Source of the DNA: Eremomyces bilateralis CBS 781.70
Taxonomy: Eukaryota
Reading direction: 5' to 3' (one strand)
NCBI GenBank assembly: GCA_010015585.1
Contig: ML975177.1
DNA: 62,240 bases
Shown here: positions 36,597 to 48,064 of the stretch, in pieces
How positions within the stretch are numbered: position 1 is the stretch's first letter
Layout: every line of letters begins with the position of its first letter
The notes under the pieces: model-generated
What the model saw: only the letters and a program-made list of their open reading frames with translations
Told to the model about the DNA's origin: nothing
The model's database searches: none
Program-made: the position numbers and the translations under genes

Positions 36597-39500
36597 ATGG
36601 CGCAAGCATTAGGACGACATTTCCACGATCCGACCTCTCCGCGGGCTCGGAGAGAGACACGTAATACCATAATAGAAGACGAACCTCAGATAATGGAGGG
36701 CATGGCTGGACTGAGGTCACCGACACGAACAACAACTCTCACCACGAACATTAATCACTTCTCCGACGACCAAATAACACCACGGGCGAATGCCCACACC
36801 ATTTCCTCCAGCGGTACTCCGAATCAGATGATGCAGACATCCTACTGCGGCGTACCGGGCTTTTCGGTCAAGTATCGGTCGCATGGACTGACCCTATCAC
36901 CGCTCGCCGAAGGACCACAACCAACTCCTCCACCAAAGAACGCTCTGCGTCCGGCCGGTTTTACACGGAAGAATAGTCGAGGGCAAGAGTACGATGCACT
37001 GTACGATTCTAGTGACTCCGAATTCGAAGATGTTCCGCTGGCTTGCTCAAGGAGTGTAAAAGCATCTCGCCAAGGGCACCAGGCGAACGGGTCTACAAGC
37101 ACAACGTCGACGGACGCCTCGGGACGCAAAGTGCGTAACTATCCTTCTTTGGTCATCCCGTCACCATCAATGTGGCCGACTATCGAAAAGCTCCGCTCCG
37201 CCACCTCACCAAACTCGAAGTCTCGAATCGTCCCACCCAGTCCCAGTCATATTCTGTCTCCGACCGCCCGAGCCTTGAACATGATCGCTGCAAAGAACGC
37301 CCTTGTACCCAATGGTTCCGCTGCTCCATCGTTAGACGGATCGCTCACATCAGAAGAACTTTCGGGTATCAGCTGTCCATCCACTCCGGATGTCGGGAAC
37401 GATGCCAAACCCGACGATGCCGAATGGGCAGGGACCGTGCAACTCGGGCCGGAAGCAATGGAGACGCTTCAAAGGTTCCGACTCGGCAGTTTCAACGAGC
37501 ACAGTGAGGACGACGAAGACCAAGTGATCGAGATTCGTGGAGAGATGCGAGAGTCTCATTTGGAAAATGGCGGCATGGCGACTTCGATCAACCTCATCGT
37601 GACTCCTGTGGATAGCGAACCCGAAGATTTTTTCCCCACCTTGAGCAACCCCGGCTCCGACCTCGATCCGCTTTCCGCTCTCAGTGTGCCGTCTCCTGGA
37701 GGCTTCTTTGGCTCGCTGAACGGGAACGCTCGAAATACATGGGGTCAGGGTGCAGGCGACGCAGTGCCGAACACCAGCACCGCCATCTCCTTCTACGGGG
37801 TGCCGTGGAAGAAGTCTCGAGAAAACTCGCCGGAGCGGACAGTGGAGCGAGTGATTGAGGTTGATATCGATGGGTCGAGCGATAACGACACAACCGGTCC
37901 ACCAACTGCGAGAAGACTTCCAGGGACAGACGGCATGACCTTGGGTGGTGAAGCCGAAACAGGAAACCGTGCGCATCAAGAGCCTGTGATTGAGATATCG
38001 ACATGGACGTCCTCAAATAATGCGGCTCCAAATGAACATGGAGAAGGGGATAGTGTCGGCCATCACCATGACTTCAGGTTCAATCTGGATGTCGATGATA
38101 CCACGCCGGATATGTGGGAGGACGACTCTCCGCGACTGCGCATGCTGGGAACGCCAGAACTCCGTCTCATCACTGATTTCTCTGGCGAATTCGAATACAA
38201 TCCAGCCTATGCCGCCGAACAGCACAAGGAGAACAGCAGTCACATTGACCGAACCAATCTGTGGTTGTACAGCCAAGAGCACTATTTGGCCGGCTTGCGC
38301 GGAGACATACCCACGATGACCAACGGTGATGACTCGCCAATCGTCGGGCACCTGGCGACGGGCACCGATGAGCCTCGAAAAAGCAGTCTCGGCAATGCTT
38401 CCACAACGCTGAGCCCGAGTAAATCGGTTCGCTTTGCGGATGATCCCGAAATCACGGCTGGCATCGACGGTGCTCTGGCACGATTGAACGGGGAATCGCC
38501 GCCACGAGTCAGGAGACCGATACCCTCGGTCAAGCTCCGAAACATTGATGGAGTCACCCCAGTGGGCTCCCGGTCAATGTCAACTCGATCTTCGAGCATG
38601 CCAGAGGCGAGCTCCACCCTAAATGGCACATCGCTTGGCACCGTGCTATCACCCCCGGGATCGACGATTGTCCCACCCCCGCTTCCCCCAATCCCAGAGA
38701 CGGTGGAGCCGGTATCTGCTTCAGAGGACAAGGATCCTGTCTTCTTGGAAGGTTTTAAGCACATCTATGCGCTCCAAAACAGAGGATCTCCTCGGTCCTC
38801 AAGAACTACCAAATCCGGTCCGCGACCATTGTCACCCAAGTCACCGCCAGCAGCAGCGTTTTCTCATCGAAAGGCTCGCAACGAAGCTTTGAGACTTGGC
38901 CGTACCTGTCTGCCACAGAAGCATCGCGACATAGTAGCCGGTGTATTCAGCCTCGAAGAACGCGAACACATTGACCCCAAACGACCGATCAGTGCCTGGC
39001 ATGGCGCTAACTCCGGTGGCAAATTGGGAGAAGAAGAGGATAATCCGGAAGACAAAGATGCGCAAGCCAGGAAAGCCGTCGCTAAGGAGCTCAAGGAGCG
39101 CCACGCTCTCGATCAAATCAAGCCGATCAGCTGGAACCTCGAGGCCACTAAAATGCTGAACGGTGGAAGCTTGCTTACCAGCCCGGCTGCACGCGAGTTT
39201 ACCTCCTTGAGTGCCTCGGTGGGCAGTATTTCCCCGGCCAGTCCCAATGACCAGGTCAAGCGCAGCAAAAGGATCGATCCGTTCGGTCGCACCCTTTCAG
39301 AAGACAAGCATGCGAGGAAAGTGCTCGACCTCGGCGGAAAGGCTACGGCGGACTGGGCTTGGCAAGTTGCCATCGAGTATCCTCGCGTTGGCGTGTGGAC
39401 TGCATGTGTCAACGAGTCTCCGTTGAATAAGAAGGTGTTTGGACCGCTTCCACCTCTTCCAAGCACACAGTCAAAACCTAAGTCGGACTCCATGGCACAT

Positions 39501-40688
39501 AATGGCAAAGACAAAAAGGATGCTGCCTCCACGAAGGATGAGACCAAGCAGAACGACGCGTCATTGCTGAAGGGCCCACCCAACCATCATGAGATCAAAA
39601 TCCCCAATCTCTGGACTCTGCCATTCCCCGACAACTCTTTCGACGTGGTCTCGGCTCGGTCGCTGTACTCGATCCTCAAGACGACAATTCCTCCCCAAGG
39701 ATCGAAACTGCAGGATTCATCCTCGACCACGGCACCTAACGATTCCTCCACGACTATGACCGCCAATGGCCAGGGCATGAAGCGTACACCCGGTACGCCT
39801 CCCGCGAGGCCATTGGATGAGTATGATCGCGCATTGCTCGAAGTGCACCGCGTCTTGAAGCCCGGCGGGTATGTCGAGTTCGCACTCCTGGATGCCGACA
39901 TCATCGGCGGTGGCCCCATCACCCAGAAACTCAGCGTCGAATTCGCTTTTAACCTTCGCACGCGTGGATACGATCCCGCGGCCACGCAAGGCTTCCTCTC
40001 CCGCGTCCGCCGGTCCGGCTTCAAAAGGCTGCGACGCGCCTGGATCATCCTGCCCATGAGCGGCGTCGGCGCACCGGAGTGCGGGCCGTGGGTTGATCGC
40101 GGGTTGGCGTGGGAGCAAGAAGGGAAGCGCGGTCTTGGGATCGAGACCGAGGCGCGGAGCACGGCCGAGAAGCTACGCCAGATGGAGCGCGAGAAAGAAA
40201 GAGAGCATGTGGTCGTGCCAAACCGGCTGCGAAAGTACAGCGATGCTGCAAGCTCGGTGCGCACGAACACCTCGACGCGCTATAGCTATATATCTCCCAT
40301 CTATCAGACTGGCGGAACACGCATGACTCGCTCGTCGACTGCACAGTCGAGCAACTCGTCCATGACGGCTGTGTCGTCCGCCATGTCACCCACGCAACGA
40401 TCTGCACACACATCCGCCACCTCGTTGACGCTCCACTCACAGGGCGTTGTCGACGCGAAAACGGCGGCCAAGGACGCGAAGGAAGACATCGGCACCACGG
40501 TCGACGCATCGTACATCACTGGCCTGGTGGGTGCGTGGGCATGGGAGCAGTGGATGTTGAAGCTACATACGGAAATGGGCCGCGAGGGGGAGCAGTTGCT
40601 TGAGGGGGTCGCGGCAGCGTTGGAGGAGGGGGCGAGGATGGGTGGCTCGTGGAGGTATCTGAGCGGGTGGGCGAGGAAGGATTTGTGA
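36597..40688 (+). CDS. Large protein with a disordered N-terminus and a C-terminal class I SAM-dependent methyltransferase-like (Methyltransf_11) fold
   Basis: Single long ORF with KVLDLGG, LWTLPFPDNSFDVVSARSL and LLEVHRVLKPGGYVEF. First in-frame ATG at 36597 (MAQALGRHF). Confidence 0.85.
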   Translation: MAQALGRHFHDPTSPRARRETRNTIIEDEPQIMEGMAGLRSPTRTTTLTTNINHFSDDQITPRANAHTISSSGTPNQMMQTSYCGVPGFSVKYRSHGLTLSPLAEGPQPTPPPKNALRPAGFTRKNSRGQEYDALYDSSDSEFEDVPLACSRSVKASRQGHQANGSTSTTSTDASGRKVRNYPSLVIPSPSMWPTIEKLRSATSPNSKSRIVPPSPSHILSPTARALNMIAAKNALVPNGSAAPSLDGSLTSEELSGISCPSTPDVGNDAKPDDAEWAGTVQLGPEAMETLQRFRLGSFNEHSEDDEDQVIEIRGEMRESHLENGGMATSINLIVTPVDSEPEDFFPTLSNPGSDLDPLSALSVPSPGGFFGSLNGNARNTWGQGAGDAVPNTSTAISFYGVPWKKSRENSPERTVERVIEVDIDGSSDNDTTGPPTARRLPGTDGMTLGGEAETGNRAHQEPVIEISTWTSSNNAAPNEHGEGDSVGHHHDFRFNLDVDDTTPDMWEDDSPRLRMLGTPELRLITDFSGEFEYNPAYAAEQHKENSSHIDRTNLWLYSQEHYLAGLRGDIPTMTNGDDSPIVGHLATGTDEPRKSSLGNASTTLSPSKSVRFADDPEITAGIDGALARLNGESPPRVRRPIPSVKLRNIDGVTPVGSRSMSTRSSSMPEASSTLNGTSLGTVLSPPGSTIVPPPLPPIPETVEPVSASEDKDPVFLEGFKHIYALQNRGSPRSSRTTKSGPRPLSPKSPPAAAFSHRKARNEALRLGRTCLPQKHRDIVAGVFSLEEREHIDPKRPISAWHGANSGGKLGEEEDNPEDKDAQARKAVAKELKERHALDQIKPISWNLEATKMLNGGSLLTSPAAREFTSLSASVGSISPASPNDQVKRSKRIDPFGRTLSEDKHARKVLDLGGKATADWAWQVAIEYPRVGVWTACVNESPLNKKVFGPLPPLPSTQSKPKSDSMAHNGKDKKDAASTKDETKQNDASLLKGPPNHHEIKIPNLWTLPFPDNSFDVVSARSLYSILKTTIPPQGSKLQDSSSTTAPNDSSTTMTANGQGMKRTPGTPPARPLDEYDRALLEVHRVLKPGGYVEFALLDADIIGGGPITQKLSVEFAFNLRTRGYDPAATQGFLSRVRRSGFKRLRRAWIILPMSGVGAPECGPWVDRGLAWEQEGKRGLGIETEARSTAEKLRQMEREKEREHVVVPNRLRKYSDAASSVRTNTSTRYSYISPIYQTGGTRMTRSSTAQSSNSSMTAVSSAMSPTQRSAHTSATSLTLHSQGVVDAKTAAKDAKEDIGTTVDASYITGLVGAWAWEQWMLKLHTEMGREGEQLLEGVAAALEEGARMGGSWRYLSGWARKDL

Positions 40689-41183
40689 GGTGATATGACT
40701 AGATGCGATGAAATCGATAGGGGCATGACACGGGATGATGCATTGCGGTTTAGGAGTTGGTTATTAGGTAGACATGGGTCATTCTCTTCACATTTCTTCA
40801 CATTTCTTTATTATCTGTGTACAGGGGAATCGGGATGGCATATCCCTGATGTTGATCTGGATCTGATCATGTGGAGGCGAACAATGGTTATGGTGGGGAC
40901 ATCGGTTCGCCCTGTCATAGGCTCTATAGCAGCAATTCAACGTCTCCTGAAATATGTGTAAGAGCCCATTTGGTCCAGCGTCTCTAAAACTTTCAATACC
41001 GTAAATATGTACCGTGTTTTACCTTCTCTTCCTATCTAAGGGGTACAGAAACGCCGTTTTGATCCTTTCCCTAGGCTGGAGGGGTCTATCGAGAGTGCAA
41101 CGCCATCAATGTTAGCCCTGGATTGACCTTAAATCTTGGTATTTCTCATAAAAATTCATATCTAGCAGCGAAGAATGCAGTGC

Positions 41184-43388
41184 CTAGAGTGTGAGCCGCT
41201 CGTCCCACACAAACTCGACATCCCCAGACTCGTCCCCTTTCCACACTCGCACCGGATTGTTTCTTGCTGCAACCGCGTCTTTCATATCCCTCCCGAGCCC
41301 CACCGGCCCCGACGCCACGACCATGGTTCGTCCTGTCGCTACTCGATTGAGGAACCCATTGACCAGCTCCTGGGACAGGGGATGACGATGGTCCAATGCT
41401 CCCGCCTCGAACCCTTCCGTATTACGGAACATGGCCAGCGTCTTATCCGCGGCAAACTCCTCCACGGCCTTGGTCACTTCGCTATCACTGCTGCTGCTCG
41501 CCCTCTCGATCTCCTTTTCCACGATATTATTTTCCACGGCCGTTATAGTCACCTCGTCCTTAAGTACTTCACTCGTCGTTTTCTCCCGCGTTGCAATTAC
41601 CCTCACCCGTAAGCTCACTCCACTCGCAGCCGCAGCCCTCTCGGCGAGTTCACGCAGCTCCGGCGCCACCCACGCGATATCTTCTTTGCGGCGGACCATC
41701 CAGACGAGCTCGACCATGGCGCATTTCTGATGGGCGACAGCATCGAGGACGATGGGTAGGCAGAAAGAGATACCAGTGCCGCCCGCCACGGCCAGGAGGT
41801 TGGTCGGACGATCAGAAGAAGGAGGGGATGCAAGGGAAGGGCCGAGCGGAGCGTGGCCGTAGGGCCCGCAGAGGAGGACGGGGGTCATTACGGTAGGGGT
41901 TTCGGTTGTGGCATCGATCTTGATATCGGAGGGACCATGGTCCATGTCAACGGACAAGACGAGAGGGCTGGCGAGGGCTGCAAGGCGGGCGGTTTCCCCT
42001 TTGCAGGCGCGAATGATGTAGGTGTGTTTGATACCCCGTCCATCTCCAAGAACCGGGAGGGAAGACGTGGTCAATGGATGGGCTTGCCAGATAGAGAGCG
42101 CCGGAAAGGTTAAATAGAAATGTTCTCCCGGACTCCAGGGCTGCTGCGGCTGATGGAAATCGAGTCTCACGACCGCATCGGTCGGGTCATATGCGCTGGC
42201 AAATAACCGTACCGAGGCCTGCGCGGGTTTGAATGAAAGTTTGGCGAGTGGGTCCCTTCCTCCACGATGGATCAATGCTACTCTGATGAGGCGGATAGCG
42301 CGATCCAGGGCCATGAGAGCAAGAGATGGCACCATCCAACAGTAAAGCTGTGCCCAGTGGCCCCAGCACATCCCAATGTACAGAGCCGCGACAATGTAGT
42401 GGGTTTTCCGGAAGAACTCATACCCAGTCAAGCGGATCGCCCAGCTGCAACTGAATATAAAGAGGAAGGTAATGAGTAGCATGGCGAAACAGCCGAATAT
42501 CATGTACGGCTGCTTGATCCATTCCTGGAAAACTGTCGGTTGCGGCCTATACAGTTTCCCCTCGATCTGCGGGATCAAAACTCAGTACATAAAGCCGTGT
42601 TCGTTCTTGGGGTTTAACTTACGACGGTCCAGATGAGGGTATGCACGAAAGACTGAATAAAGATAACCCTTCCGGTCCACCGATGTAGGAAGGTGAAACT
42701 CTGATACGGAACGCCAGTCAAGAGTGATAAAACACTCTCCCGAGTACTCAAAATTACCACTAAGGGTGTGAGTCCGTACGCAATAACTCCAATCCTATCC
42801 GAGAATGCTCCCATTGTCACACGTGTGTTCTTCTCGGTCGAGTTCTTGATTGGGGTGACCCAGGTCTTGTAGACCAGGCCAGCGAACCTGGTTGAATACA
42901 GTTAGCTGAATACCCCGGGGATGCGACTCCACGCTTGCTTACGAGAAGATTAGGAGGTAGGTAAGGATCACGCCGAGGATCACTAGTTGCAGTCGTGATA
43001 CGTGCCCAAAGAAGCTCACGAAGCTCTCCGGTAGGAGCCACTTTCTCCCAAATGCGCCAATCGTTCTTTTCGCTCGATATAACCCGCTTTGAGCCAGTCG
43101 ACCAGAGTTAGCCTCGCTGTTTTCGGAACCCTTCTTTCGATGTGGCTGGAGGATTCTGAGAACGACCCAAATGAGAGCGATGGCTCCAATGACCCCCCAC
43201 ATGATGAAGGAGTAGAGCATAGAGAGATCATGGGCATGGTAGATCGCATCGAGGTATTCACAAGATCCAGGATCGTTGGTACATGGAACGACTCGGTCGG
43301 CATACCCCCAATGCTTCTCCAAGTTACTCTCGTCGACGCCCATCATATCCTGAATATGACGGGCTTGAAGCCCAAGGGAAGGAGACAT
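41184..43388 (-). CDS. Ferric/cupric reductase-like transmembrane component, FRE family (introns 42888-42942, 42567-42622)
   Basis: Heme-ligand motifs FLHRWTGRVIFIQSFVH and YEFFRKTHY...WGHW; FAD-binding HPLTTSS; NADPH-binding GPYG, AGGTGISF, LVWMVR, SGP. Confidence 0.92.
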
Positions 43389-43911
43389 GATGATATGTCA
43401 ATAGGATTGACTTGTCGGTAGTGGCAATAACTACTGAAGAGTAGATTCGAAACAGTGTGCGAAGTGATAAAGTGGTGCTGGATGTTGAGCGTGCAGAAGT
43501 ACCGCCTCCCGGTAGGTACAAGCAGGGGGGAGACTTGAAAGAAACAGCGCGGTCGACTCAGGATAATATAGCAAGAATAAAATAACGACATCAGAATCCT
43601 ACCAGTCAAACTGACTAACATTTAGTTTATTGGGAAACCCCATAGGGTGATATTCCCTTCATTTGCTTCAAGTGTGCAACGCAGGGATAAATTGCTCAAT
43701 CGTGCTCAGAATCCCGGATGCGATTACCCACCGATACAGAACATCCTGTAAAGTGTAAAGTACATGTCGGGTATGTTTAGTTTCGTGTCGTATCTGCTGA
43801 TTTGATGAGACTCCCCAGGCCGATTATAATAGTTCTGTCTCTTTCCAATGCATTTAAACCCCGGTGACATTAACTCCAATCCATCACGAGGCCAGAAATC
43901 ACTCCAGTCAC

Positions 43912-44247
43912 TTACTCGTCGTGCTTCGGCCGCCCGTCTTGATTCCACCATCCCCACGCCCACTTGGCATAAAAGATCGTCTCCATCGTTCCGAGAATGG
44001 AAAGGACCGCGACGATAGACCATTTCGCCCATCCCGTGATGCCCAGGGCCTCGAAAGTGAACCTTTGACCCCCCGAAAGCGACGGGACGCCGTTTGCGTC
44101 CTCCTCGGATTTATCCGCCTGCGATCTCCGCAACCTGTTGGATAGGTGGATGGAACGCTGAGGACGAATTCGAGGTAAATAGCCGCTGCTGAGGATCGCA
44201 TGGGATCGAGGGAAAGTCGAACCAAGAAGGCGCAAAGACGATGACAT
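43912..44247 (-). CDS. Small hypothetical protein with a presequence-like N-terminus and one TM helix
   Basis: 111 aa. R/S/L-rich N-terminus without acidic residues (…PQRSIHLS), then FEALGITGWAKWSIVAVLSILGTMETIFY. Confidence 0.65.
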   Translation of the reverse strand: MSSSLRLLGSTFPRSHAILSSGYLPRIRPQRSIHLSNRLRRSQADKSEEDANGVPSLSGGQRFTFEALGITGWAKWSIVAVLSILGTMETIFYAKWAWGWWNQDGRPKHDE

Positions 44248-44746
44248 GTTTCAATCTTATGCCAGTCTATGGCAGACCAGAACCGTGGGTATTCCGTAGG
44301 TAGCCTGTAGTGTCCCGTATACAATGAAGGGATGGAAGTGGAAATGGAAATGGAAATGCACACTGTGCTCATGTGAGTTGTTGATTTTCCTATATCTGAT
44401 ACGATGGTACAATGTATTCGATATTGCCCTCCCCTTAGTCTGTTTTGTAGAGTCGCAGAGTTGCAGCAGAGGAGTGATGTTCATCGATATAACCATATTG
44501 GGTTTAGCGCTAGTTGCTCTCTTCAGCACCACAATAATCTCGCAACTCCAGTCGACATCAGAAGAAATTACCTTACTCTTCACACATGCTGACAATTTGC
44601 TTGGCTAGACCCCTCATCTACGGTACGGTATACAGTACCTACTACCGGAATAGTACTGATTGTATCAAGTGCTCTAGAAATTAGAATGCCAACATGAAGC
44701 AACTGCTTTGGGGTTCCAGCTCGAGACACCGACCTTCTCCGTCGAC

Positions 44747-46288
44747 ATGACCAGTATCGCACTGTTCGCCGAATACTTGCTTCGCATCCGCACCCTGAGC
44801 CTCTACATTTCCCTCGCGACGTCGCACACGGAGGAGACGAAGGCAACATTGTCCGCCGACCGAGAGCATGTCACCGTCACGCACGAAGGCGAGAGCGCCA
44901 CCATCCGACTACCCACCAGGATCCGCGGGGGTGGTGAAGCTGCTCTAACCCTACCCGATGTGAGGGAGCAGGGACTCGGGAGCAAAGAACTAACCCTAAG
45001 GCTTGCACTGGAAGAGAGAGAAGGCGAGGAAGGACAGCTTATACCTCGAGGGGATGGGGACGCAGAGAACGTGGTGCCGTGGGATGCACAGTCCCTGGCA
45101 AATGTGAAGGCGATCGCGTGCAAGGGCTGCGGGAACCCCTTGCTTCAAGGAACTTCCATAACGTCCCCGTCTTCAAAAGATGGCCTGAATGACTGGAACG
45201 ATCTGCCGAGTGAAAACTGGGCGGAGATGATGGACTTCTGGCACTGTCACAAACCCGACCCCGATCATGGAGTCGGCAATGCCGGATCGACGAAAGGCTA
45301 CGCTGCTGCGAACAAGGTCAGAGCCCAGAAAAGCGTAGGTCTGGTAGGCCTTGGACATTTGCTATTTCATGGACCGGATTGTCGAGGGGTAAGGGTAGGT
45401 CTTTCTCTTCCTTTCTTTCTTCTTCTCTCTCTTTTCTCTTCGGCTTTCTTCGAACGTTCGATCGCATATCGATGTTTAATTCGGGTGGCAAAGAAGGAGG
45501 CTGTGTCCTTCTCAGTGACTTGATCTTCGATACAACCACCCAAGATCGATAGTAGCACCGTCATTCCTTGTTAACCCTTGCGGTTGCCTCGGACCAACGA
45601 CTACGTCTCCTACTCAGACGGCGTTTTCAAGAGAGTCATTGGGACGTCCGCGTACACTGCGAGATACATTTAGGCTTACGGACACTGTAGATAGATGAAC
45701 AAGGAAACAATCAACACTTGCTCTGCGAATCGTGTAGGAGCCCCCTTGGAGTCGTTGATGAAATGGCCGAAGGCTTCAAGATATTCAAATGGGCAGTCTC
45801 AGTTTCGTCCCCAAATTTAACCGCACCGTTCTTTAAGACTCAGAAATGGGCGGCAGCCACACTGCTTCATGAGGTTGAAACAACGGGCGTGCGAAAGTAC
45901 ATAGTCAAGGAAGAGGATTCCAGTGCCGGGCAAGAAAGACTTCTGGTGAGCCCAGCAATGCCGATGCAATGCTATGTGGAAGCTAATCCCGCTTTAGGTT
46001 TGGATATTCACCCCCGACCTCTACTTCTCCAGCAGCGTTTCCAGCACGCACCGGTCTGACCCAACTCGCGCCATGAAGGTTTTGTGGCAACCACTTCGCA
46101 GGGACGCATACCATGCCCCGGAATATAAATCCACCGAGGAAATGGAGTTACCGACGTCCCTGTACACGACGCTGGAGAGGACTTTGAAGGGGAGCGTCCA
46201 GTTGCTTCCGCGGTCCGCACGCGACTCCGCACCAGCTGGATGGAGCCTGGGGATGGTGGAACGGTTCAAACATAGCGACATATCGTGA
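44747..46288 (+). CDS. HECT-like ubiquitin-conjugating enzyme E2-binding protein (HECT_2; IPA1/UBE3D-like); introns ~45395-45690 and 45946-45997
   Basis: Signature LPSENWAEMMDFWHCHKP, CxxC pairs (CKGC, CESC), LVWIFTPD and AMKVLWQ. The intron 1 donor could be 45389 or 45395 (both phase 0). Confidence 0.9.
45483..45671 (+). ncRNA. snR81: Intron-encoded box H/ACA guide RNA, snR81-like (predicted U2 snRNA pseudouridylation guide)
   Basis: Hairpin 1 has basal stem GGGTGG/CCACCC and upper stem GGAGG/TCTTC, flanking pocket AAAGAA...GATAC, which is complementary to U2 GUAUC-UG-UUCUUU. A degenerate H box AGATCG starts 14 nt after the pocket. Hairpin 2 basal stem CTTGCGGT/ACTGCGAG is followed by ACA-TTT just upstream of the branch point. 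Confidence 0.75.
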
Positions 46289-47585
46289 ACGGCATGCTGT
46301 CCGCTCGCCATTCGAAGAAGGTACTCGGGACAGGAACATTCACAATTCGTGCGGGAGCTAGATCATATATCCACAGGCACTACTCCCGCCAATATAGCAT
46401 GGAACCATCCGAATGAACTTCGCACCGCAAATGGGAGCTCGGGAGTGAGATAGGTGTGCGAAGAAGCGAAAGTCAGCAACATGAAGCAGTCGGCGGTCAC
46501 GCTGGCTGGCGATATCGATCCGGGTTCGGCTACATGACCCAACGGAGACAGAAAAGGGTCCCGCATTGTTTTTCATCGGATGTAAGATTCCTGTCAGCAG
46601 GCCAGCCCATCATCGAAGCGGAATTGCCCTCCATCCGGGCCATATTTAAGCATTTAAAAATTGAAATTGAACATGAATACCTCCACATTTCACACCGTAG
46701 TCACTAGAAGTATTCAAAGTTTCCAACCAACCCGAAGGATCCAATCCGAGTCACCCTCGGTCTTGGCACCAATGCTTCGGTTTCTTCTTGATCAAACTCT
46801 CTCGAAGTGATGACGCGGCCCGGCTCAGAGCCTAGGGTTACTGTAGAGATAGTGGATCCGGGGCCAACGGATTGCCTGTTGTGGCGCATGTGAGGGCCGA
46901 GTAGACATACCACAGTAGTACGCAGCACTGGACCTGTAGGAATAATATGGAGTTCGGATTTGCGGAATACCTGCCAATTTTACCTGACATGTAGATCTGC
47001 CATGGACGGAGTTTCATTATAGACATTCGCAAGGCTGTGGCTGAGCCACTTTGAAGTCCGAACCACTCCAATCGCCCATCTAAGATCGTCACAGATGTCA
47101 CACACTGACACACATCTGATGAAGAAGCGCTTCTAAGCCATCTCTGCCAGCTCATGTTGTTCGTGCTGAACTCTTGTAGTAATCGTGTGTGCTACTGTGA
47201 ATGATGAGTGTGGTGCTGACCCCACTTCTATTCTTAATACGTCCATTTTGGCGCCAGTAGCTCCCAAGTCCCAGTTCGTCCAAGTCCACTATGAACGTCT
47301 TCATCTCCATAACCCCATGATCCATTGCTTCCGCGACCCGTTATTAACTTCGCCGCTCGCCTTTCCTCTCCTCTCCTCTCCTTCCCTTTCTTTTCCTTCC
47401 TTCACTACCATTGAATTCCTTTGAATCGGTACTCTGACGTACCAAATCTCGATCGGACCTCATACGCATCTCAAGCAGCCTCCGCCACGATAACTGATCA
47501 ATTCCCACATACCAATCCGGAGGCAGGGATCACATCTATCAACCTCAGAAAGCTCTCCATACGGTAGCTTAGCCTACATCACAAT

Positions 47586-48064
47586 ATGTCTTCACAAAAT
47601 TACTATGGCGGCCAACAACCGCAGTATCCTCAACAGAGGTCCGTTTTCACCACCCGGCGTTCCTGGGAGACAAGGAGAAAGCTAATCAAATCCCCACAGT
47701 TACGGCCCACCACCCCAAGGATATGGTCCTCCTCAAGGTCCCTATCAACAAGCTCCTCCTGTGAGTAGATGATAAGCCGATTTGCTTAGGCGCCTGGAGT
47801 TGGAGTCTCGACGAAAGGAAAGCGACTGACGCCTTTTTATAGATGCAATATCAACAAGGACCCCCTCCGCCACAGGAGAGAGGGAAGAAAGATCGTGGAT
47901 GCTTAGGCAACCTGTAAGCGCCGCCTTGGATTTCCCCTGTCCCTAGCTTTTGCACGATGTCGCGTTTTCCGGGTCCCCTTCCTAACACACTGCGCAGACT
48001 TGCCTGTCTCTGTTGTCTTTGGATCTGCGAAGAGTGCTGCGATTGCTGTTGTTGCTGCTGCTGA
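47586..48064 (+). CDS. CYSTM-family cysteine-rich tail-anchored peptide (introns 47639-47699, 47761-47842, 47914-47997)
   Basis: Spliced product MSSQNYYGGQQPQYPQQSYGPPPQGYGPPQGPYQQAPPMQYQQGPPPPQERGKKDRGCLGNLLACLCCLWICEECCDCCCCCC*; three canonical introns. Confidence 0.9.

Noticed and set aside
44330..44360. (GGAAAT)n hexamer run giving a WKWKWK ORF
   Set aside because: Simple microsatellite; the ORF is an artefact.
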